From sequence record OM319461.1: DNA of 64,000 nucleotides, one strand, 5' to 3'. The position numbers were made by a program, and so were the translations under genes. A model generated the notes under the pieces. That model was given only the letters and a program-made list of their open reading frames with translations. It did not search any database and was not told the origin of the DNA. This document shows positions 9,909-19,270 of the stretch, in pieces; position 1 is the stretch's first letter; each line of letters starts with the position of its first letter.

Positions 9909-9932
9909 CTCTGTCCCCATCGGGGGACAGAG
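9909..9932. terminator. Bidirectional terminator
   Basis: CTCTGTCCCC/GGGGACAGAG stem with A-run on the left and T-run on the right, between convergent genes. Confidence 0.8.
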
Positions 9933-9939
9933 GTTTTTA

Positions 9940-12111
9940 TTAAAGCTCTACAGGGAAGAACAATGCTTTCTCTGCTTCTTCTTTGCTGTACAAGTCAGAG
10001 TAGAAACGAGTATTGCGTTTGTTAAGTGAGTATAGACCGTAACATTCACAAGTGATGTAGAAAGCATCTGTCATCGTACGTAGGATTTTACGTTCATCGA
10101 TGATGCTTCTAAGTTCAGATGGAATCTTACCGTCTGCCAATAGCTCGACAGGTACCAACAAGTTAGTGTAACCTTTTGATGCCTTACCCCATTCCTCAGC
10201 ATGACGCATTAAAGCTTTGCCCATCGTATCGTCAAGTTTAGAAGCATACTCAAGTAGCTTTTCTTTCTTGTCGATAGTTACTGGGATTTTCACACACTGC
10301 ACAGGCAGCTGTTCAGCTTGACCATACTTAGGACCAAACACCGTATTCCATAGTTCGATCTTCTCGTAGTTAGAAGACTCAGGACGAGCATATGTTTCTT
10401 TTGTCTTAGCCTGCTCATAACGATAGAACGTAGCACCACCAGAACGAATGTCCTCGAGTACATCATGTTCAACCATCGCAATAGGAGCAATGATATTCAT
10501 CGGAGTCAGGTTATTACCCTTACCTATCTGATCCATAATGTTTAACTGGTAATCTTCCAGTACCTTACGGATTTTAGGTGGCAGCTTAGAGTTCTTAAGG
10601 TTTACGCCTTTGATCTCTGTTTTGTTCTTTCCGTATACTTGACCTTCACATGCAGAGATGATTGCCATGTAGTGTTTTGTACGCGTTGTTACTACCATCA
10701 CTGGGAAGTAGAACTCGTTCTTCATCGTACAACGGAAAAGCGCATTACGTTCTACACCTACCTGTGCACAAAGCATACCAAGGTTGTGTGCGATATTCTG
10801 AGAAGCAAAGTAAGTCGTGATTGCCGCTACAGATACCATCTCCGGTGTGTTAACCAAAGAGTTACAGAACCATTGACATTGATGCTGTGTCGTAAAGATA
10901 GACGAGTCAGTATCCGATGCTACCACACCGTCACGCAGCATACTAGGGAAGCTATGCAAGTGAGCAGGATAGTTAAGAGTAGTGATGAACGCCTTAACAA
11001 AGTCAGAGTATTCAGTAAAGATATGGTACACATGTTTCAGACGAGAAGCCATGAAGCAGTATAGCTCAGGTTCCTCTTTCATTACATTGCGTAGTTCTTT
11101 ACCTTTCATCTCTTTCGATGTCAACATACCAGCAAGTGCCAATAGGTCATCATCTGCCGACTTCATGAACTCAACCGAATCATCAAACGACATGATGTTT
11201 GATGGCTCTTGCATTAGACGTTCGTACATCTGACGCATGAACAGGTTGTTGTAAATCGTTAGTGCTTTGATATCACCACACATTGCGATGATTGCACGTT
11301 CAACCGGAGTAACACCTTCGATGAACTCACGTAGTGAAGCTTCTTCAGCTGCATCTTCCCAGTACTTACGAGTAGAGCGCAGAACTTGCTCGAACACTTC
11401 TTCAGCAGTAGGGATATGTAAGTCGTACTTAACGATGGCGTTGTTGACTAGAGCATAGTCAGTATTGCGGACAAGGTAAACCAAGTTCTCCATTGTAACT
11501 TTAGGGCTAAAGTAATGACGGTTAGACGCAAGCATCTTCTCGTTAATAGAGTTAGCCGTAGTCGTAATCGTACGACACAGTGACGTTAGTGTTGTGTGTG
11601 CACTAGCGTAGTACAATGGGTTATGTGGAGATGAAGTAGCACCAGAGATCGAGTTGTTACGGATTTTGTAGTTGGCCTGCAATAGGTCACAGAAATCTGC
11701 ATATACTTGGTCGCCGTTTTGTTTTGCTACCTGACCTGCCTTTTTAACCTTTTTACGCAAGCCCAAGTTAACGTCGATAAAATCAGCAACGAATGCTCGG
11801 TGGACTTCTGGGTTTGCATAGGCAATAAGGTTAGGTGCCAGAATATGTGAGTTGTTACTAACCCAATCAAGATAGCTCACGAGATCACCGCGAGACTTAA
11901 CACGGTCCTGCATAACTTTGCGACGGAGCATGTTCATTGTCGGTGACTTTGGTTTAAGCTCCAAACGTTCGACAATAGCTTCTGCCTTTTCTAGGGGCAT
12001 GTTTCGTTTCACAGACAGATACTTAGCCTGTGACTTCTTGTAGTTACCTACCAAGTCCAAATCACGCTGGTATGCGTCAAGTGGTAAAAAGAATGGGTTT
12101 TGGAAGGACAT
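9940..12111 (-). CDS. Family B DNA polymerase, catalytic part (phiKZ gp50-like)
   Basis: Motifs YKIRNNSISG (KxxxNS) and VASDTDSSIF; no exonuclease domain evident, consistent with the split phiKZ-type polymerase. Confidence 0.88.
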   Translation of the reverse strand: MSFQNPFFLPLDAYQRDLDLVGNYKKSQAKYLSVKRNMPLEKAEAIVERLELKPKSPTMNMLRRKVMQDRVKSRGDLVSYLDWVSNNSHILAPNLIAYANPEVHRAFVADFIDVNLGLRKKVKKAGQVAKQNGDQVYADFCDLLQANYKIRNNSISGATSSPHNPLYYASAHTTLTSLCRTITTTANSINEKMLASNRHYFSPKVTMENLVYLVRNTDYALVNNAIVKYDLHIPTAEEVFEQVLRSTRKYWEDAAEEASLREFIEGVTPVERAIIAMCGDIKALTIYNNLFMRQMYERLMQEPSNIMSFDDSVEFMKSADDDLLALAGMLTSKEMKGKELRNVMKEEPELYCFMASRLKHVYHIFTEYSDFVKAFITTLNYPAHLHSFPSMLRDGVVASDTDSSIFTTQHQCQWFCNSLVNTPEMVSVAAITTYFASQNIAHNLGMLCAQVGVERNALFRCTMKNEFYFPVMVVTTRTKHYMAIISACEGQVYGKNKTEIKGVNLKNSKLPPKIRKVLEDYQLNIMDQIGKGNNLTPMNIIAPIAMVEHDVLEDIRSGGATFYRYEQAKTKETYARPESSNYEKIELWNTVFGPKYGQAEQLPVQCVKIPVTIDKKEKLLEYASKLDDTMGKALMRHAEEWGKASKGYTNLLVPVELLADGKIPSELRSIIDERKILRTMTDAFYITCECYGLYSLNKRNTRFYSDLYSKEEAEKALFFPVEL

Positions 12112-12292
12112 GAGAATTCTCCTTTTAGACTATCCTATTATCAGGGTCGGTCGAAAAAGAAAAAAAAAAGAAAAAGGATGAGTCGGGTCCCAACACCCGA
12201 CTCATCCTCTCACCACCCCAATGGAACATCTTTCAATGTTCCGCAGCATAGATTACTCGCAGCACTCTTTGCTATACTATTGGGGATGCATG

Positions 12293-12709
12293 TTATTCTT
12301 CCAAGATAGAAGTAATTACGATTCCGAACTGGCCAAGGTACGTACGGATATCTTCTTCAGAAATCTTAGTACGGTCCCAGTTACGACCTTCAATGCGGAA
12401 TCCACGTTGGGTTACTTCTTGTAATGTAGATTCGATTATCCACTGTTTAGCGACATAGACACCTGTGCCTTCTGTCGTCATGACTAATACGAATTCACAT
12501 TCACGATAATCCACCGGAGTGGAAGCTTTGTTTTCTTCTGGCAATAACTGATAGATCGCCTGATGGTACGCACGCATTTCATTAGCATTTGGTACAGCGT
12601 AACCTTTAAAGGTACCGTAAACCTCGCCAACAATAGACGTGCGACTATCTACTTCACCATAGAGAGAGAATTGGAGTTTCTTTCCAACGGTGATTTCACT
12701 GAGTCTCAT
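12293..12709 (-). CDS. Hypothetical protein (phiKZ gp49-like position)
   Basis: 138-aa ORF with AGGAG RBS upstream of the DNA polymerase. Confidence 0.65.
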   Translation of the reverse strand: MRLSEITVGKKLQFSLYGEVDSRTSIVGEVYGTFKGYAVPNANEMRAYHQAIYQLLPEENKASTPVDYRECEFVLVMTTEGTGVYVAKQWIIESTLQEVTQRGFRIEGRNWDRTKISEEDIRTYLGQFGIVITSILEE

Positions 12710-12726
12710 TATACGTCTCCTCTTAA

Positions 12727-13077
12727 CTATAAGATTATACGCAAGGCTTTTGGCTCTAGGAACTCAATGTGGCGCACACTCATCTTATCTAGACAGATAC
12801 CTAGATCTTCTTGAATGAGCCCTTTGATCTCTTCGACAACATCGATCATCTTCAATTCAAAATCAGTTTCGACATCATCGTAGTTACCATCTGCTATTGC
12901 TGCATAGTAGTCTCGGATAATCTCATTGGCAATAATGAGCTCCATCAACATATTCAGGTTGTCCATATCTACAACTTCTGGACCACCGTGAACGTATTCA
13001 ACAATACCTTTTAGTAACACTTCGATCTTTGGTGAGAAGACAACAAAAGATGTTTCTTTGTTTACTCTCAAATCCAT
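12727..13077 (-). CDS. Acidic hypothetical protein (116 aa)
   Basis: Tightly packed minus-strand operon ORF. Confidence 0.7.
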   Translation of the reverse strand: MDLRVNKETSFVVFSPKIEVLLKGIVEYVHGGPEVVDMDNLNMLMELIIANEIIRDYYAAIADGNYDDVETDFELKMIDVVEEIKGLIQEDLGICLDKMSVRHIEFLEPKALRIIL

Positions 13078-13424
13078 ACTAGGTTCCTCTCATTAAACCG
13101 TGCATCATACACATGGAAATACAAGCTGCCTGCTACTTCTTCCACAAAACCCAAATCCAAGAATTCTAATCCGGGCAAGCCAACCAAGCATTCTCTGCCT
13201 ATCCGCTTAAGCCCCTCTATTAGAAAAGTATTGGGTGTCCGCACGTAGTCATTACTATATTGGATCGTCCCGTTACCATGGATGGAAAAACTAAGGGCAT
13301 GTTTAAAGTAGGCATCCATTGTGATGCGCTTGTGTAGATTGTAAGTTACGTAATCTCTTGCTGCTGCTTCATATAGGCCGTCAGAGTAACTGACTACCTG
13401 ATTTAGGTGCTTCATCAATATCAA
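13068..13424 (-). CDS. Hypothetical protein (118 aa)
   Basis: Overlapping operon ORF. Confidence 0.65.
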   Translation of the reverse strand: MILMKHLNQVVSYSDGLYEAAARDYVTYNLHKRITMDAYFKHALSFSIHGNGTIQYSNDYVRTPNTFLIEGLKRIGRECLVGLPGLEFLDLGFVEEVAGSLYFHVYDARFNERNLVWI

Positions 13425-13734
13425 ACCTTAGTGTCTCATAATCATGCATTGAGACACGGACAATTAGATCCCGGTCACGATAGCTACTCACTCGGAATAG
13501 TCTCGCGGCCTCTTCACCTAATTCGGTTGATATAGACGTAAATGAATCAGCAAGATCTTCGAACTGTTCTGGCTCTATATCCATGTTGCTTATATGTTGC
13601 ATTGTATGAAAATCATCACCATGGCTTGAAAAATACTCACCGGCCCAGGAGGCCAGTGAGTTATCAAACAGCGGGTCCGATGGTGCAAGGTAGTCTGAGA
13701 GATGCGGTACTGGTAACAGGACTGTCCGGTACAT
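13381..13734 (-). CDS. Acidic hypothetical protein (117 aa)
   Basis: Overlapping operon ORF with GGAG RBS. Confidence 0.65.
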   Translation of the reverse strand: MYRTVLLPVPHLSDYLAPSDPLFDNSLASWAGEYFSSHGDDFHTMQHISNMDIEPEQFEDLADSFTSISTELGEEAARLFRVSSYRDRDLIVRVSMHDYETLRFDIDEAPKSGSQLL

Positions 13735-14077
13735 GACAATACTCCAAGGTTATCATTATTACCTCTGGTTCCAACAGGATAAGCTTTAAGTCACCCTCGC
13801 CATTAGTTAACTCCCAGGAAGTAGCCAGGGCAGTTAGGTCCTCTTGATTTAAAGAAGAGCGAAAGATTTCATAAAGCTCATGTACGTACTCCTCATAGTC
13901 TTCCCCAAATAAAGGAAAGGCTATGGGATGGCAAGCCTCGTTGATGGTAGTCGAGTCAACCGATTCAATCATTCCTCGGATGATGATCTCTGACATCTCT
14001 ATCATTTCGTGGTTTGCCGTACCCAAGAAAGCAGAGGCATTTTCCATTCGGATTACAACCGTCTTGCTTATATTCAT
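13664..14077 (-). CDS. Acidic hypothetical protein (137 aa)
   Basis: ATGA-coupled to the upstream ORF. Confidence 0.65.
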   Translation of the reverse strand: MNISKTVVIRMENASAFLGTANHEMIEMSEIIIRGMIESVDSTTINEACHPIAFPLFGEDYEEYVHELYEIFRSSLNQEDLTALATSWELTNGEGDLKLILLEPEVIMITLEYCHVPDSPVTSTASLRLPCTIGPAV

Positions 14078-14655
14078 ACAAACTTCACCATCACTGTATC
14101 AGGACCAATAGGATCAACTCCCATACCTCCGACATAGTTCCTAGGCAGAGCATGGAAAGGAATAATCGTACGAGTCATGATATCCCAAAGGATGGCTTTG
14201 TATAACTCCATCTTTTCTTCGGCAGCCTGACAGGTACGACACACTCGACCCATCGTACACGCACAGAAGGTTTCTGTAAATGTAGGACAGCAGTCTTCCG
14301 GCATGTAGTTCTCGGCCAGGTACTCAACCAGATCTTCGACACGTAAACTTCCATCCATATCCGCCGTACTAGGAAGGATATTTTGGAACGTACATTGTAG
14401 GATCAGGCCTTCACTTGGTGACTCGGCTACTGAACGACAAGCGAATGACAATACCGCCACTAGGGCACGTGTACACAATTCTGCGTTGTAGTTCATCGAC
14501 ATCATGATATCAGTAGCGATCATTACTGAAGGGTACTTGAGCTGAGCCGGAGTAGTCGCAGGCTGTGGTGTCTGTGCCAAAGGAGCACCAGGTGACACGG
14601 CGATGTTTGATAGTGTACTCACTGGAGTCACTTTATTGATTTGGATGTTTTGCAT
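14074..14655 (-). CDS. Hypothetical protein with Cys cluster (193 aa)
   Basis: TAATG-coupled; contains CC-x7-C-x-C-x5-C-x2-C. Confidence 0.7.
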   Translation of the reverse strand: MQNIQINKVTPVSTLSNIAVSPGAPLAQTPQPATTPAQLKYPSVMIATDIMMSMNYNAELCTRALVAVLSFACRSVAESPSEGLILQCTFQNILPSTADMDGSLRVEDLVEYLAENYMPEDCCPTFTETFCACTMGRVCRTCQAAEEKMELYKAILWDIMTRTIIPFHALPRNYVGGMGVDPIGPDTVMVKFV

Positions 14656-15113
14656 TATACGTATCTCGCTTGTACTTCTTCTGCGGTGATTTGAGTTTGA
14701 ACTTGGTGGATCACATCGTTTTGATATGCTTGGTTCACCGTTTGCTCAATCACAAAATCAGTATCAGAAATCATATTCACAACTTGGAATTCTCTTTGAT
14801 CGATTGTTCTGATTGTATTTGCGACAATACCAGAGAACATACCGACAATACCTTTAGCTAGCCATACGGCATGTTGGGGTGTTAGCTTTAGGTATTCGAA
14901 CTCAGTATAGAGCATGTTGTTGGCTGGATAAGTTTCTTCCACAACATCCATGCCTGCGATGTAGCTTTGGAACATATCACGAACAATATCGGCACAGTCA
15001 GAATAATGTACTTCTTCTGATTCGAGTTCGTTCATGACAAGCGAGAGTTGAAACTGTAGCCAACAGGCTACAGGATGCAAAGAATAAGTCACGGCCATTG
15101 TTGGGTTTGGCAT
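14655..15113 (-). CDS. Hypothetical protein (152 aa)
   Basis: Operon ORF with GGAG RBS. Confidence 0.7.
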   Translation of the reverse strand: MPNPTMAVTYSLHPVACWLQFQLSLVMNELESEEVHYSDCADIVRDMFQSYIAGMDVVEETYPANNMLYTEFEYLKLTPQHAVWLAKGIVGMFSGIVANTIRTIDQREFQVVNMISDTDFVIEQTVNQAYQNDVIHQVQTQITAEEVQARYV

Positions 15114-15122
15114 AACTATCTC

Positions 15123-16085
15123 CTAGTTTTTCTTTTTCTTAGATGCTTTTGGGGCAGATGAAGTATTAAGGAAGCCTACGATCGTTTCCTCTGATACTAC
15201 ATGGATCCCACGAGCTTGTGCGTTTGCTAATGACTGGCGATCTACCGGAGTCAGAGTTTCTAGACGACTGGCTACAATCAAATCCGTTTGGGCGGACAGA
15301 TGCGAGGTCGGGTTTGCCCCAAGTCCACGTAAAACAGATTTCATACCAGAATGATCGAACTCGTGTTCGCCAATCAAGTTAAAGCCGATAACACACACTT
15401 CACGATCTTTAAGGATGCGGGACGATACTTGAACCGGACTTGTGATGTAGGTATCCAGGTCAACATCAGTACCAAGATGATGTGGGCGGATGTAAAGACC
15501 ATCTTCGTCCAACTTCATCATTTCCCATTCGATGATTCGGAAGTCGCCTTCGTTCTTACAAACAAGTCGTCCTTCTTCATTCTCATGAGTAGTCCATAGA
15601 TCAGTACAAGGACGTCCAGTAAAGCCATAGACTTCATCGTAGATCTCGAGCGTGAGTTCACGGAAGAACAATTTGTATTTTACAATATGTTCACGCAGGC
15701 GGATTTTGTTCGCTTTGAGATTGTCCTGATGCTGTTGGTTCATCTCGCTTACTGTGATGCCAGATGGAGCATAGTACTCTTTAAACCATTCGTCACGGGT
15801 GATCTCAACGATTGCATCCAAAGCAGAATCCAGGAGATCTTCTGCCTTCAGTGTACTACACAGACCAGGGATACCAGCATTGAGTGCATTAACGAACGCA
15901 TCTTCATATGTGGTACGAACATAATCATAAATAAAGCGCACGTCCCAGTGGATGTTTTGAGCATCGGTGTACTCAGTAGGGACATGAGGGATTTTACCTA
16001 ATAGCTCAACGGCCTTAGCTCGCCAATCAATTGTTATTTCTTTGAATTGATCAACATGGTTGGTCGGTTTCTTTTGGTTAGTCAT
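15123..16085 (-). CDS. Protein with C-terminal BRCT domain
   Basis: C-terminal VCVIGF...LRGLGA...TDLIVA...AQARGIHVVSEE matches the BRCT pattern of NAD-dependent ligases; N-terminal 230 aa unassigned. Confidence 0.7.
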   Translation of the reverse strand: MTNQKKPTNHVDQFKEITIDWRAKAVELLGKIPHVPTEYTDAQNIHWDVRFIYDYVRTTYEDAFVNALNAGIPGLCSTLKAEDLLDSALDAIVEITRDEWFKEYYAPSGITVSEMNQQHQDNLKANKIRLREHIVKYKLFFRELTLEIYDEVYGFTGRPCTDLWTTHENEEGRLVCKNEGDFRIIEWEMMKLDEDGLYIRPHHLGTDVDLDTYITSPVQVSSRILKDREVCVIGFNLIGEHEFDHSGMKSVLRGLGANPTSHLSAQTDLIVASRLETLTPVDRQSLANAQARGIHVVSEETIVGFLNTSSAPKASKKKKN

Positions 16086-16402
16086 TATACTTCTCTCAAA
16101 ATGATGGTTTCGAAATCCAGCAACTCCAACTTCAAAGGTTTGTCCGCAAGGGGACGTTCAGTGATTTGGATTTGCAAATCCGCTACATAAACACTGAGGT
16201 CATTATAAGTCTTTGACAACAATGCGAATCCATCTGTACAAATAGATTCGTCGGTAGCAAGACGGCGTCCCGTCTGCCTTTCAATGATTGCCAGAACCCA
16301 TGCCAAAATCATATCCGGATAGTCGGGATCTTTCACATCCTCGACTACTTCTTTGAAATCCTCAAAGAACCCGGCATCGCCGATAGTATAAATTGCGTCC
16401 AT
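16085..16402 (-). CDS. Acidic hypothetical protein (105 aa)
   Basis: First gene after the TCTATATTAC motif; TAATG-coupled to the next gene. Confidence 0.7.
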   Translation of the reverse strand: MDAIYTIGDAGFFEDFKEVVEDVKDPDYPDMILAWVLAIIERQTGRRLATDESICTDGFALLSKTYNDLSVYVADLQIQITERPLADKPLKLELLDFETIILREV

Positions 16403-16435
16403 AGTTTTTTCCTTAGAAGATTAAACACCATCGTG

Positions 16436-16445
16436 GTAATATAGA
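16436..16445 (-). promoter_or_regulatory. Early promoter motif TCTATATTAC
   Basis: Exact copies at 22388, 26651 and 63693, each just upstream of a minus-strand operon. Confidence 0.7.
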
Positions 16446-16544
16446 TTACAAATTAGCTTGGGATTTGGCCTCATGAGCCGTATTATATAGAGTCTTTACA
16501 TACTATTGACTCGGTATGTCCATTTGTACAAAAGAGGGCCAACA

Positions 16545-17309
16545 ATGTCATACAACAGCTGCATCGCCTTATGTGTTCAACGCATTATGGCGGATATCGA
16601 CAAGAACATTCTAGCGCGTGCGTTTAAACCACAATCGCAATGGAGTGCGTATGATACATATAACTTGGAATACTATATTGAACAAAAGGTCGTACGTGAT
16701 TACTTGATGGTTGATCTTAACTTAGTCAGCGGTCAAAGCGAAACCATTCCTGTACATGATCTTCCTTATCAGCAGATCAATAATGCACATGTCTTCAAGA
16801 TTCCTACAAGTCGAACTCACGGCCGCCGCATAACGGCTGTACATAGTTTGGAAATGGACAATGACGACATCGGTATGGCACAGGGTGGTTTGTCTGCTAT
16901 TGTCGGTGAGGCTTCGATGGGACCACGTGGTACAGGTACTGCTCGAGCAGAGCTTGTTGCTCCGAATACCATTGCTGTTTACGAATGGAGTCTGGGATGG
17001 AGAACATTTGTAAGATGTCAACTTGCCCACGATGACAATCTAGGGAACATTAATCCGCGCTTCCAAAGATCAATTGCACAATTGGCAGTCCTGGCTGCTA
17101 AGCATCTGATTAACGTTGAGCTTGCAGGTAGTGTCGGCGATGGTGATGGTTGGGGTGGTGCGCCTTCCTCATATATGCGTCAGATTATCGACGAGTATGC
17201 TGGTGCTAAAGACATCTACGAAGAAGAACTGAAGAAGATCCCTGCCAAGGCAATCATGAACGATCGTAAAACATATAATCGTATTTTGCGTTTAGGTATT
17301 ACACGATAA
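16545..17309 (+). CDS. Probable virion structural protein (phiKZ-like)
   Basis: ORF track 16506..17309; start moved to ATG 16545 after AAGAGGG; structural call is from resemblance and position only. Confidence 0.55.
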   Translation: MSYNSCIALCVQRIMADIDKNILARAFKPQSQWSAYDTYNLEYYIEQKVVRDYLMVDLNLVSGQSETIPVHDLPYQQINNAHVFKIPTSRTHGRRITAVHSLEMDNDDIGMAQGGLSAIVGEASMGPRGTGTARAELVAPNTIAVYEWSLGWRTFVRCQLAHDDNLGNINPRFQRSIAQLAVLAAKHLINVELAGSVGDGDGWGGAPSSYMRQIIDEYAGAKDIYEEELKKIPAKAIMNDRKTYNRILRLGITR

Positions 17310-17318
17310 ATAAGAAAC

Positions 17319-17343
17319 CCTATCCCCCGTAATGGGGGATAGG
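17319..17343. terminator. Bidirectional terminator
   Basis: CCTATCCCCC/GGGGGATAGG stem between convergent genes. Confidence 0.75.
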
Positions 17344-17354
17344 AGTATCTATTT

Positions 17355-17744
17355 TTAACCCACTTGCTCAACCATGAGGTCATGCGATTTTAAAGCTGCT
17401 TTAATTCGCTGATATGGCTTTTCCATTTCTGGTAAGCCTCTACTCATAAGGACTTGGTATCCTTCGCGATAAGCGGCTTCCAATTTACTTAGACGGTTAC
17501 TTGATAGCTTACGACCTGTTGACGTGACATGATCGCGTGCATAAATAGTAAACAAAGCGATGTAAAGATCTGCCTCTCCTATCTCAGCAGGAGGTGCTTT
17601 CTTCTTCTCGAGTATCTCTTCTACGTTTTCCATGTGCTGTTGGTTAACTTCATCCCTTTTCTTACTGACAGTCCAGTAAGATGCTAACGCAACTAAGCCT
17701 ATCACCAACGCGAGAGCAATATAACCGTAACTTGTCATGGCCAT
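17355..17744 (-). CDS. Membrane-anchored hypothetical protein
   Basis: N-terminal hydrophobic helix YIALALVIGLVALASYW followed by basic residues. Confidence 0.7.
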   Translation of the reverse strand: MAMTSYGYIALALVIGLVALASYWTVSKKRDEVNQQHMENVEEILEKKKAPPAEIGEADLYIALFTIYARDHVTSTGRKLSSNRLSKLEAAYREGYQVLMSRGLPEMEKPYQRIKAALKSHDLMVEQVG

Positions 17745-17792
17745 TCCTCTTGTTGTTATAATCTATATTGGTTGTTGTTTTTGTTTTTAGTC

Positions 17793-18074
17793 TTAGAGAC
17801 TGCAAGCTTTATCTCGGCATACACGCTTGATGTCATCGTCACTGATGCCTGGAACCAACTTATTACCCAGCCCATTGGATCGTCTTACTTGTGCGATCTG
17901 TTGAATCTTCTTCTCTGCTGCATCGGGTTGCCATTTATGGGTGGCCAATGAATGGAGTTTACCCAGCGTTGAAGTTTTCTCAGATTCACACTCTCGTAAA
18001 ACTGACTTTCTTTCCATAGAAATTATGAGCCAGCTAAAGCCGATTAAAGCTGCGAATAGTATCGGTGTACCCAT
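17793..18074 (-). CDS. Membrane-anchored hypothetical protein
   Basis: N-terminal hydrophobic helix ILFAALIGFSWLIIS; GAGGTAGG RBS. Confidence 0.7.
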   Translation of the reverse strand: MGTPILFAALIGFSWLIISMERKSVLRECESEKTSTLGKLHSLATHKWQPDAAEKKIQQIAQVRRSNGLGNKLVPGISDDDIKRVCRDKACSL

Positions 18075-18164
18075 ACTTCGCCTACCTCTTATTAACTAAT
18101 ACGATTGAAGGAGTAACTTTAATTAACTAAAATTATACCCATAGGATTCGCTGTCATGAATGAA

Positions 18165-18285
18165 AAGAAAAAAAAAATAAACTATAACCTCCCACCCCGA
18201 AGGGCAGGAGGAATAGCAAGAGAGAACCTGAATGAATCCAGGTGTCCAATCCCGACCAAAGAATTGGATGCGTCACTTAACCATA
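18165..18285 (-). ncRNA. Candidate small RNA, array unit 5 (about 120 nt)
   Basis: ACCTAATCTTATG at 18294-18282; two hairpins (TCCAAT/ATTGGA, CCTG/CAGG); C/U-rich linker; terminator 18211-18188 plus long U-run. Confidence 0.6.
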
Positions 18286-18302
18286 AGATTAGGTGACCGA
18301 AT

Positions 18303-18595
18303 AAAAAATAAGATAAGGGGGTAGGGGCAACACCCCTACCACCATCGATGTTTAGGGACCAACTCATCCCGAGTCAATCCGTAACGATACAAACGTTATG
18401 AAATTTAAAAAAGCAGTAACTATTAAGCATTGTGCTTGTGGACCCTAAGGAAAGTCCGAAGGTAGGACAACACGAGAATGTCATCACAACTCACTTAACC
18501 CATGGTAACAGGACATGACCATTTAGAAGTAAGTCAGCTTTATTGAGGTTAATCATTAAAAGCTTAAGTTCAACAACAAAGGTTTCTTTGCTATA
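18303..18595 (-). ncRNA. Candidate small RNA, array unit 4 (about 290 nt, may be two RNAs)
   Basis: TAATCATATAG at 18601-18591; terminator GGTAGGGG/CCCCTACC 18340-18320 plus U-run; no ORF. Confidence 0.5.
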
Positions 18596-18613
18596 TGATT
18601 ACACTAGGCGGTT

Positions 18614-18785
18614 AAAAAGAAATTCACCCTCCCACCAAAGGCAGGAGGGTAGCTCTAGGAATCATTATGTCTAATATCAGAAAGCCACCACCACGATCAG
18701 AGGAGTGAACAGTTTTCCAAACGATGACGTGCCTAACCAATTAGGCAAGCAGAAAAAGCAGAAAGAGATCAACACTTTTACTATA
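18614..18785 (-). ncRNA. Candidate small RNA, array unit 3 (about 170 nt)
   Basis: ACCTAATAGTATA at 18794-18782; GCCTAA/TTAGGC hairpin; CACTCCTCT; terminator 18650-18626 plus U-run. Confidence 0.6.
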
Positions 18786-18804
18786 CTATTAGGTAGAAAC
18801 AAAC

Positions 18805-19117
18805 AAAAAGAATAATTAGCTTCCCCGCCATAGGCAGGGAGGCTTCACACTCTTAACGGTTTCGTTGCAGATCATAAGGTAAACTGCAATGGGTCAATCT
18901 CATGCAGATGACTTTAGAAGGCAGCCTCCCAACCATAGGAAAGGAGGCATCACAACTAAAACAATCTAAATTGGAGGCTTCACTCAAACAATTACCAAAC
19001 AGGTAAGAAATTAGAGAGACTATCATGCGACAAAGGTACAGGATACCAATGAACAATGAAAATGACTTAAGGAGATTCATCAACACTTAGGAGAGTAATT
19101 AATGTACTGAAGTCATA
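18805..19117 (-). ncRNA. Candidate small RNA, array unit 2 (about 310 nt)
   Basis: ACCCAATAGTATG at 19126-19114; multiple CTCC motifs; three GTGA(A/T)GCCTCC repeats; terminator 18843-18819 plus U-run. Confidence 0.6.
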
Positions 19118-19149
19118 CTATTGGGTGTGGTTGTTTTTTTTTAACGACA

Positions 19150-19270
19150 AAAGAAAAATACCTACCCCCTCCCGTTTGGGAGAGGGATGGTAGTTCAGAG
19201 GAGATAGACAACACAGAGACTACTCGCCAGTCTACTGCATTCACGCCGTCGTCATAACATGATTGTCTAC
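19150..19270 (-). ncRNA. Candidate small RNA, array unit 1 (about 120 nt)
   Basis: ACCCAATTGTGTAG variant at 19280-19267; closing stem TAGACAA/TTGTCTA; TCTCCTCT; terminator 19193-19161 plus U-run. Confidence 0.5.

Noticed and set aside
18182-19086. Short ORFs 18182..18367 and 18853..19086
   Set aside because: They cross terminator hairpins, lack a convincing RBS and have atypical composition; the sRNA interpretation fits better, though micro-ORFs are not excluded.
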